The position numbers and the translations under genes were made by a program. Below the pieces are notes generated by a model that did not search any database, was not told where the DNA came from, and saw only the letters and a program-made list of their open reading frames with translations. DNA of 64,000 nucleotides from the NCBI GenBank assembly GCA_965249725.1, contig CBDFMQ010000002.1:1792001-1856000 (forward strand), in the 5' to 3' direction. Shown here piece after piece: positions 56,592-64,000 of the stretch. The first letter of the stretch is position 1. Each line of letters starts with the position of its first letter. Source of the DNA: Longimicrobiales bacterium (GTDB lineage: Bacteria; Gemmatimonadota; Gemmatimonadetes; Longimicrobiales; Gaopeijiaceae).

Positions 56592-56717
56592 AGAGGCTCC
56601 GCGACGGGACGGTGCGATGGGGGCTAAGTCGTTGAAAACTAACGAACAAATGGCCCTCCAACAAGCCGGAAAACAGGCCTGCGAGAGGGCCCGGGAGGCA
56701 CCCGTGAAAGGGCCCTT

Positions 56718-58676
56718 TTAGGGGCCTGGGCGACGGACCGGCGCAACCCCCGGTCTCCGCATGCGATTCATGAGTGTTACGAAGCGGGGATCGGAGCGCA
56801 GTGGGTCCCAAACGGCGTCGCTTCGGACGGACATCAGCCGCCGATCTCGACTCTCGAAGGCCACCTCGAGGAGATCCAACGCCTCGTCCCGCTCTCCGGT
56901 CCCTGCGTGCGCCGCCGCCAGGTAGACGGGCGACACAGACTGTCCCTCGGCCTCACGTCCCCGGAGCTCTTCCAGTCGCCACTCCCAGTACCCGAAGGCG
57001 CCGTCCTCGCCCATCCGCTCCTCGAGCCGTGTGACGGCCTCGGCGTCTCCTTCCGCGTGGTCCACCCAAACCTGCCTCATGTCGAGCAGCTCGTCGTAAT
57101 CACCCTGCGAAGCGTAGATGAGCTCCAGAGCCTCCCACGCCTCCTGGTGCTCGGGATCGAGCTCACAGACCTCTTCGAGAAGCTGCTTGGCCTCGTCCAG
57201 CCGTCCTGCGGCCTTGAGCTTCTGCGCCGCACGGATCATGCGGGCTGGCTGGTCCACCGCCCCGGCCCTCTGGACCGTCCGGCCGGCCCAGGTAGCCTGG
57301 AGCTGCTGGCCCAACTCGGTCATGCTCTCGAAGAGGAACGTCGAGTCCATCCTGAAGTCACTCACGCTCGCAGCCACGACCGAGTCGAGCTTGATGACGG
57401 TGAGGGCCTCCTGGCCTTCGTCACCACGCCGATGTACGACGCGGACCTCGGTGCCCGGCTGGGGAAGGCTCAGCAGAGTGCCGGGTGCTCCCATCTCCTC
57501 GCTCAGGTGCTCGTCGATGAGCGCCAGGATGTCGCGGGCTTCCGCCAGTTCGGGATCTACCTCCAGCGCTTTCAGCGCCATGAGCCGTGCCCGCTCCAAG
57601 GACGCGACGAGGTCGGTGGGATCGGCCAGCTCCATCATCAGTTCGGTGCCCGCCAGGCCGGCGTACGCGGGAGCGAAGTCGGGATCCGCTTCCACCGCTT
57701 CGCTGAAGTGGCCCATCGCGGCCCTGAGCCCTTCTTCGGTCTGACTCGACTGCTCGTAGCGGGCCTTCATGAACTGCTCGTTGGCTTCCGGCACCTCACT
57801 GGAGGAGAACGACGACGACATGGTCACCGCGTCCTCGGGTGAAAGCTCTCCCTGGATTTCCCAGGCGATGGCTTCCGCGACCTCGGCCTGGAGGTTCAGC
57901 ACGTCGGAGAAGTCGCGCGTGTAGCTCTGAGTCCATACGTGCGTGTCACTCGGACCGTGGATCAGCTGCACCGTGATCCTCACCTCGTCTCCGGCGCGGG
58001 TCACGGAGCCCTCCACGATGCCCTCGACGGCGAGTTCCCGTGCGATCTCGGGAATTGTCATCTCCGTGCCCGCGTAGCGAGTCACCGACGTCCTGGAAAC
58101 GACCCTGATCGCCGGCAACTGGCTCAAGCGTGCGATCAGCGCCTCGTGCATTCCCGCAACGAAGTAGTCCTGCTCGTCGGTATCGGAAAAGTTGTCCAGA
58201 GGGAGCACCGCCATGGAGCGGATGAGATCGCCCGCTACGTACGCCGCCGGGATGACGGTCGGGCTGCTGCCCGCCCTCGGGCCGAGGCTCGGAGCCTGGG
58301 CGGTTTTCCCGATCCACCACGAACCCAGCCCTCCCACTGCGAGCACCGTGACGGTGAGAAGAGCGGCCCGGGGGAGGACTCCCGTCCCGGGCATCCCCTG
58401 CCCGCGTCCTCTCTCGATGTCGATGGCATCGGTCTTGCGGATCCCCTCGGACGTGATGTCGAAGACCCATGCCAGGACCATGACGAGCGGAAAGCCCAGC
58501 ACCGAAAAGACCACCACGTACTGAAGGGCCCACTCGGCGGAGAAGGCGGGGAGGATGATCTCGCCGAGCTGGAGCACCACGAAGGCCACGGCCGCGTAGG
58601 CGATCGCCACGCGCACCACGTGCCGGCGCCTCAGCTCCGCCAGGAAGCACTCCAGTCTGGAAGGTTGGTCACCCAT
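56718..58676 (-). CDS. Membrane-anchored TolB-N-like / TPR protein
   Basis: ELRRRHVVRVAIAY TM module, SMAVLPLDN, VVSRTS, VEGSV...VRITVQLI, TPRs, DPLRSDPRF terminus. Confidence 0.85.
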   Translation of the reverse strand: MGDQPSRLECFLAELRRRHVVRVAIAYAAVAFVVLQLGEIILPAFSAEWALQYVVVFSVLGFPLVMVLAWVFDITSEGIRKTDAIDIERGRGQGMPGTGVLPRAALLTVTVLAVGGLGSWWIGKTAQAPSLGPRAGSSPTVIPAAYVAGDLIRSMAVLPLDNFSDTDEQDYFVAGMHEALIARLSQLPAIRVVSRTSVTRYAGTEMTIPEIARELAVEGIVEGSVTRAGDEVRITVQLIHGPSDTHVWTQSYTRDFSDVLNLQAEVAEAIAWEIQGELSPEDAVTMSSSFSSSEVPEANEQFMKARYEQSSQTEEGLRAAMGHFSEAVEADPDFAPAYAGLAGTELMMELADPTDLVASLERARLMALKALEVDPELAEARDILALIDEHLSEEMGAPGTLLSLPQPGTEVRVVHRRGDEGQEALTVIKLDSVVAASVSDFRMDSTFLFESMTELGQQLQATWAGRTVQRAGAVDQPARMIRAAQKLKAAGRLDEAKQLLEEVCELDPEHQEAWEALELIYASQGDYDELLDMRQVWVDHAEGDAEAVTRLEERMGEDGAFGYWEWRLEELRGREAEGQSVSPVYLAAAHAGTGERDEALDLLEVAFESRDRRLMSVRSDAVWDPLRSDPRFVTLMNRMRRPGVAPVRRPGP

Positions 58677-58807
58677 GGTTCACGTAATCGATTGCGCCGA
58701 ATTCGGGGCGCCTACATCGAGGAGTCTCGCGGCCTGCCATGCTAACACTTGAGACACCGCCCGAGGTCCCGTGGTTAAGGCCACGGCATCGGTTCATCCG
58801 TTTCGTC

Positions 58808-59818
58808 TCAGGCCACCGCGATGAAATCTGGGCCCTCGCGCCAACCCGCCTCCTGTAGGGCACTCCTGATCTCGTCCCTCGCCCCGACCCGCCCCACCGC
58901 CGCCACACAGTATGCGTCTCTGTATTGGTTGATGCCTGAAGGGGTAACGACTGTTGCCCCGTGAATGCTCTGTCCGATCTTTCGGTCGTCGAGATCGACG
59001 AACGCCCTGATCCGTCCGCCCTGTCTCTGGACCTCCTGGGCGAACGACTTCCCGAGGGGGCCGGCGCCCCAGACCACCAGGCCGTCCCGATCTCTGGCGT
59101 ATGTGCGCAGCAGATAGTGCACCTTGCAGCGGCGGAAGGCGGCGGGTGAATAGGCTTCATGCTGGCGCGAGGCTCGTTCCTCTCGCTCTCTCCAGTGGAG
59201 CAGCACCCGATCTACCACGGCGAGGCCGGCCCCCGATTCCCAGAGCCTCATGATGAGGTCGTAGTCCTCGGGCCACCCCCGATCCGTATAGCCCCCAACG
59301 TCTTCCACGGACGCCGCCCGGAGGAAAAACGTGGGGTGGGCCAGCGGGCACTCGACGAACAGATCGCGCTCCACATCCGCGAGCGAGTGCATGCCGTTGA
59401 GCCACTCCTCGTATCGAAGCCCGCCGTCTTTCAAGACCTCACGCGGAAAGTACCGGACCCCCGCCCCGCAGACAGCCAGGTCCGGCTCGCGCTCCAGGAG
59501 GTCTCTCTGCTCCTCGAAGCGAGTCGCCATCGCAATGTCGTCGGCGTCCATGCGAGCCAGGTAGCGACCGCGCGCCCGGCTCCGTGCAGCCTCCAGGGCG
59601 GCCGTGATTCCCGATGCGGGCTGCGAGGTCACGACGACGCGAGGGTCTTCGCGCGCCCACTGGGACAGGATGTCGACGCTCTCGTCTATGGATCCATCGT
59701 CGACCGCGAGCACCTCGAAGTCCTCGAAGGTCTGCGATCGCAGCGACTCGATGCACTCGGGTAGGTAGGCCGCTGCATCACGCACCGGGAGGAGGACCGA
59801 GACGTCGGGCTCAGCCAC
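58808..59818 (-). CDS. Glycosyltransferase family 2 with a C-terminal Rossmann-like domain
   Basis: VSVLLPV, VDDGS.D, ARMDADD, EDYDL, VVWGAG..GK. Confidence 0.92.
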   Translation of the reverse strand: MAEPDVSVLLPVRDAAAYLPECIESLRSQTFEDFEVLAVDDGSIDESVDILSQWAREDPRVVVTSQPASGITAALEAARSRARGRYLARMDADDIAMATRFEEQRDLLEREPDLAVCGAGVRYFPREVLKDGGLRYEEWLNGMHSLADVERDLFVECPLAHPTFFLRAASVEDVGGYTDRGWPEDYDLIMRLWESGAGLAVVDRVLLHWREREERASRQHEAYSPAAFRRCKVHYLLRTYARDRDGLVVWGAGPLGKSFAQEVQRQGGRIRAFVDLDDRKIGQSIHGATVVTPSGINQYRDAYCVAAVGRVGARDEIRSALQEAGWREGPDFIAVA

Positions 59819-61973
59819 CCCCGGGAACCTCCTCGGCCTCGAGCTCGATCACAAAAGGCTGCCCGGGCGTCTCCAGCTTCACGATGATGTGCGGAGCCCT
59901 CACCCGCGCATAGACGAGCTGTGGGGCCTGGGCTCCTTCGATTTCTATGCGATAGGCATCGTAGCGGCCGGCCGGGACGGTCACCCGGGTCCGGTCCAGC
60001 ACACGCACCCGCACATATGCCACGACACCCGATTCGGCCTGGATGACGGGCAGCACTAGTTCCATGCCCTCTTCGAGATCTGCCAACCAGACCGCCACTT
60101 CGAGCATCTCTCCCACCAGCGAGCCGGATACCAGCGACGCCTCGAACGGCTCCGTGTGGCCGTCTGGTAGGATTCGGCCACCGGAGACCCTGCCATCCAC
60201 CACGTCGAGCCGGGCACCCACGCGTTGTCCTCCCCGCGTGAACTCGAAGCTCCCCCCGAGCGGCCGGAACTCCGGTCCGTCGAACCTCACCTCCTGGGTC
60301 AGAACCTGCGGCCCCAAGGTGGTCGACGACCGCAGGGAGAACGTCCCATCCACACCAGACGTGTCCGTTGCGAGGGTGCGCACCATCTCGCCCGCGACCT
60401 CACCGTCCAGGGTGATGCGATATCGCCAGGAACCGGATTCGAGTGAGGACGCATCAAGCGCGAGCGGCGTGACCGTGGGTGTCAGATCGGCCAGGTCGAG
60501 AGGGGACCCATCGAGGTCCACCATACGAACGGACCCCATCGCTGCTAGACGCGGACGCAGGAGGCGGGCGTCACCGACTACGACTACGGACAGATCCTGG
60601 GGTCTCAGGTGGTCCCGGACGATCCTCAGCAGCTCGTCCGGAGTCAGGGTAGCCACCGACTTCGCATAGTTCTCCAACGCCTCGGCTCCAGGGGTCGAGG
60701 TGCCCGCCAGCAATCGGAAGCGGCCTATCTGTCCCACGGCCTGCCTCGAAGTAGCCAGCTGGAGGGGCAGCGCCACCGAAATGAAGCTCTTCAACGCCTC
60801 GACCTCCCCGACGTCGACCGTTTCGCTCCTCAGCGCCTCTAGAGCGGACATGACCTCGGATATCGCCATGTCGGCCGCCTCTACGGGAACGTCGAGCTCC
60901 ACCTCCAGCAAGCCGGGACCGCGGCGGCGATTCAGGGTGGTCGCGGCCGATCCCGACCACTGCCTCGTTCGCAGCAGCGTCTGGAGGCGGGCCTCTGGGC
61001 CTCCACCCAGAATCTGACCCAGCAGCGACAGTCCCGCCCAGTCCGCATCGTCTCCATGTACCAACGCGTGCCCCATGCGGATGACGGCGCGGGTGGACCC
61101 CGGCATGTGAACGATGAGGCTCTGTGCCCCACCCACGGTGGCCTCGGCCGGATCGAGCGACTCCCCGAGCGACACCCCGAACGACGGGCCGACCGCTGCC
61201 CCGGCGGACCAACCTGCGAAACGGGCCTCCAGGCGTGTCACCAGGTCGTCCGGGTCTACGTCGCCCGACACCAGAAAGAGAGCCCCGTCCGGTCCGAAGG
61301 CCCTCCGATGGTACTCACGCAGGTCGTCGGCTGTGAGGTCGCGGACTTCTTCCGGACGCTCGAACCGGCCATAGGGATGTGACCCGTAAACAGCCTGCCG
61401 CAGGGCGCGCGCGGCCACGGCCTTGGACTCCGTCCAACCGGTCTGCAGCTCTACAAGGCTCTGGCGACGCACCCGCTGGACCTCCGACTGAGGAAAGGAC
61501 GGCCGCAGCACGACGTCGGCCATGAGCGCAAGCGCCGAATCCAGCTGGGTCGTCAGTGAGCCCAGCGACACCGTGGTCCAATCCGTGCCCACCACCGCCG
61601 ACAGGGTCACGCCCGAGCGATCCACCGCATCGGCCAGGTCCTGGGGCGAGCGGCTGTCGGTTCCCTCGGTAAGCAGATGCGAGGCGAGCCCGGCGGAACC
61701 GGCGAGGCTGGGGAGCTCCGCCGATCGTCCTCCCGGAACCACGAGGCTCACGTCCACCCAAGGAAGCAGCGTGTCTGATATGATCAGCACCCCTGCCCCA
61801 TTCGAGAGCGTGCGCTCCTCGAGGGTCGGGAAGGCGGGTGGCTGCGGGGGAGTGACCTCGGGTGGCACTTGCTGGGCGGAGGCCGACCCGGCACCTGCGA
61901 GGCACCAGAACAGCGTCGCCCACGCACAGCCGACTCCGGCTGCGATCGGTCGACCTGCCCCGCGCCTAGCCAC
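59811..61973 (-). CDS. M16 peptidase-like non-catalytic subunit with a C-terminal DUF3108-like beta domain
   Basis: Signal peptide, TLSNG, GLASHLLTEGT (no HxxEH), HPYG, ILGGG..ARL; C-terminal VTVPAGRYDAYRI. Confidence 0.8.
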   Translation of the reverse strand: MARRGAGRPIAAGVGCAWATLFWCLAGAGSASAQQVPPEVTPPQPPAFPTLEERTLSNGAGVLIISDTLLPWVDVSLVVPGGRSAELPSLAGSAGLASHLLTEGTDSRSPQDLADAVDRSGVTLSAVVGTDWTTVSLGSLTTQLDSALALMADVVLRPSFPQSEVQRVRRQSLVELQTGWTESKAVAARALRQAVYGSHPYGRFERPEEVRDLTADDLREYHRRAFGPDGALFLVSGDVDPDDLVTRLEARFAGWSAGAAVGPSFGVSLGESLDPAEATVGGAQSLIVHMPGSTRAVIRMGHALVHGDDADWAGLSLLGQILGGGPEARLQTLLRTRQWSGSAATTLNRRRGPGLLEVELDVPVEAADMAISEVMSALEALRSETVDVGEVEALKSFISVALPLQLATSRQAVGQIGRFRLLAGTSTPGAEALENYAKSVATLTPDELLRIVRDHLRPQDLSVVVVGDARLLRPRLAAMGSVRMVDLDGSPLDLADLTPTVTPLALDASSLESGSWRYRITLDGEVAGEMVRTLATDTSGVDGTFSLRSSTTLGPQVLTQEVRFDGPEFRPLGGSFEFTRGGQRVGARLDVVDGRVSGGRILPDGHTEPFEASLVSGSLVGEMLEVAVWLADLEEGMELVLPVIQAESGVVAYVRVRVLDRTRVTVPAGRYDAYRIEIEGAQAPQLVYARVRAPHIIVKLETPGQPFVIELEAEEVPGGG

Positions 61974-63372
61974 CGGACCCCGCAGGCACGGCCAGCACCA
62001 CGGCGCGATTCTCAGGAACCAGGTATCGACGTGCCACCCGGAGCACGTCTTCGGCCGTCACGGCGTCGTAGCGCTCCAGCTCGTCGTTGGCCCGAGCCGC
62101 CCGGCCGCCGTAGAGCTGGTGTCGCTGCAGCTCGGAGGCACGCCCCGGCAAGGTCAGGCGCGCTGCGACCTCCGTCGCCCTTCGCTGCGTCTTGGCCTTC
62201 TCCAATTCCTCGGCTGAGACGCCACTCTCGCGAACCTCATCGAGAGCCGATAGCAGCACCCGCTCCAGGCGCTCCAGCTCGGTTCCCTCGGTCGGTAGCG
62301 CACCCAGAAGGAGCGAACCGGGCCCTTTCCGGCGGTTGAGTACGGAGACGACGTCTCGCGCCACTTGGGTGCGCTTCACAAGAACGGAATCGAGACGGCT
62401 GCTCCGGCCGGCACTGATCACGGAGGAAAGGAGGGACAGAGCGTACAAGTCCTCGTCGACGGCCTCCGGCACGGCATAGGCGATCCAGAGCAGAGGGGCC
62501 GCGGCAATGGGATCCTGGACCGTGGCGCGCCCCTCTCCCACACCGGTCGGCACCGTCGGAAACGGCAGCAACCGGGTCGGCGCAGGACGATCGTCGAGCG
62601 ATCCGAAATAGCGCTGCGCCAGCGTCTCGACCTGGGCCCTCGAGGCGTCCCCCACGACCGTGAGCACCGCGTTGGCCGGCACGTAGTAGAGATCGTGGAA
62701 GCGCTGAACGAGCCCCAGGTCGATCCCTTCCAGCCCAGGACGTCCCGCGAGCGGGTTCCGGTAGGGTCCGTACGCGGAGATCAGGGTATCGACCACGATC
62801 TGTGAGCGGGCGTACGGTTGCGCGTCGATCTGCGTCCGTACTTCCACCGCCACGTCCGCCGTTGCCTCAGTCAGCAGCGCGTCGCTGAACTGCGGGTCGG
62901 CCATGCGACCCGACTGGATCCAAAGCGCCAGGTCCAGGGCGCCCGACGGCACCACCATGTCGAAGGCGGTGCGGTCTACGTCGGTCGACGCCGAGGCGAG
63001 ACCTCCGACATCCGACACAAGGCGCTCCATCTCGGCTTCGGACAGAGAACGCACCCGGTTTCCGAGGAGATGCTCCAGCAGATGGGCGAGTCCCGTATGG
63101 CCCTCGAATTCATGCGCACCGCCCACGTGATACCACACGCTCACCGCCGTGACGGGGGCCGAGTGGTCCTCGCTCAGAATAACGGTGAGGCCATTGTCGA
63201 GGCGGAAGGTCTCCACAGGAAGCACCGCGGAGACCCCTGCGCCGGCGACCGCCGGGGCAGTCGGCGGGCGGGTGGCCGGCTCCTGAGCGGAGATCTCAGC
63301 GCCGCGAAGAAGCAGCGCGCAGGCCCCCACCAGCACGACGACCAACGCGACGACCGAGGGGCGGATGGTCAC
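61966..63372 (-). CDS. M16 (pitrilysin) family zinc peptidase
   Basis: [21 protein letters not shown] with a Glu 76 residues later, YVPANA, GRSSRL. Confidence 0.88.
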   Translation of the reverse strand: MTIRPSVVALVVVLVGACALLLRGAEISAQEPATRPPTAPAVAGAGVSAVLPVETFRLDNGLTVILSEDHSAPVTAVSVWYHVGGAHEFEGHTGLAHLLEHLLGNRVRSLSEAEMERLVSDVGGLASASTDVDRTAFDMVVPSGALDLALWIQSGRMADPQFSDALLTEATADVAVEVRTQIDAQPYARSQIVVDTLISAYGPYRNPLAGRPGLEGIDLGLVQRFHDLYYVPANAVLTVVGDASRAQVETLAQRYFGSLDDRPAPTRLLPFPTVPTGVGEGRATVQDPIAAAPLLWIAYAVPEAVDEDLYALSLLSSVISAGRSSRLDSVLVKRTQVARDVVSVLNRRKGPGSLLLGALPTEGTELERLERVLLSALDEVRESGVSAEELEKAKTQRRATEVAARLTLPGRASELQRHQLYGGRAARANDELERYDAVTAEDVLRVARRYLVPENRAVVLAVPAGSGG

Positions 63373-64000
63373 TCTACCCGACCTTCACCCCGTTGAGCAC
63401 CCCGTTGAGCACCCCGTTGAGCACCCCGTTGAGCACCCCGTTGAGCACCCCGTTGAGCACCCCGTTGAGCACCACCGTTGAGCACCTCCGCCAGGTACTG
63501 TCCCGTGAAGCTCTCCGGCACCGAAGCCACGCTCTCGGGACGGCCGATGGCCACGATCTCGCCCCCACGGATTCCGGCCCCCGGCCCCAGGTCGACGATC
63601 CAGTCCGCCGACTTTACCACCTCGAGGTTGTGCTCGATGACGAGCACGGTGTTCCCTGTGTCGACCAGACGGCCGAGGACCCGCAGGAGCTTGCGGATGT
63701 CCTCTCCCGCCAAGCCCGTTGTGGGCTCATCCAGAATGTAGAGCTTCCGCCCTTTCCGGCCCGCCACGCCGGCGAGCTCCCGAGCGATCTTGAGTCGCTG
63801 CGCCTCTCCGCCCGAGAGGGTCGGCGCAGGCTGTCCGAGCCGCAGGTAGCCCAAGCCGACCTGTTGGAGATGCCACAGAATCTGGCCCAACCTATCCTGA
63901 CGGATGAAGAACCGAATGGCCTCGTCCACCGTCAGTTCCAGTACCTCGGAGACGTTGCGTCCCTTGAACCGCACGTCGAGCATCTCGCTCTTGTATCGAC
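63369..64000 (-). CDS. uvrA: Excinuclease ABC subunit A, C-terminal part (cut by the window edge)
   Basis: [51 protein letters not shown]. Confidence 0.95.
   Translation of the reverse strand, partial: RYKSEMLDVRFKGRNVSEVLELTVDEAIRFFIRQDRLGQILWHLQQVGLGYLRLGQPAPTLSGGEAQRLKIARELAGVAGRKGRKLYILDEPTTGLAGEDIRKLLRVLGRLVDTGNTVLVIEHNLEVVKSADWIVDLGPGAGIRGGEIVAIGRPESVASVPESFTGQYLAEVLNGGAQRGAQRGAQRGAQRGAQRGAQRGAQRGEGRVE
63386..63482 (-). repeat. 12-bp perfect tandem repeat x7 plus a 13-bp variant, giving a (GAQR)7 tail on UvrA
   Basis: + strand unit caccccgttgag, read directly. Confidence 0.95.

Noticed and set aside
1..64000. tRNA, rRNA or tmRNA genes; defence systems; biosynthetic (NRPS/PKS/RiPP) cluster
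   Set aside because: No cloverleaf or rRNA signatures in the short intergenic gaps, and no nuclease, methylase or carrier-protein genes. The CoA-ligase cluster is better explained as catabolic.

Overview
This is a high-GC (roughly two-thirds by eye), gene-dense bacterial chromosome segment. Gene content and style suggest Gemmatimonadota (Longimicrobiales-like); this is inference, not a database result. I found no rRNA, tRNA, CRISPR array, integrase or transposase. Contents in order: (1) the end of a Na+/solute symporter, a PLP-decarboxylase-DUF1326-DUF2182 operon, an ABC exporter, msrA and several peptidases; (2) an NHEJ locus (ligD, a disrupted ku, a MerR-like-HTH/TPR gene); (3) a tryptophan -> kynurenine -> anthraniloyl-CoA catabolic cluster (kynA, kynU, abm-like genes, CoA ligase) that lacks kynB but is headed by a creatininase/formamide-hydrolase-family gene; (4) accA-ricT-metG, an M23 peptidase and fadJ; (5) a MocA-like / split XdhC / DUF402 Moco-maturation module; (6) gyrA, an M16 peptidase pair and the end of uvrA. 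Best candidates for new biology: a non-orthologous kynurenine formamidase, a MerR-HTH/TPR accessory factor of NHEJ, a DUF402 CMP-removing partner of MocA, a Cys-containing mini-ORF joined to msrA by one in-frame UGA, and many unrelated short (often 12-bp) tandem duplications at gene boundaries. Some frameshifts sit in homopolymer or CCWGG contexts and may be sequencing errors.
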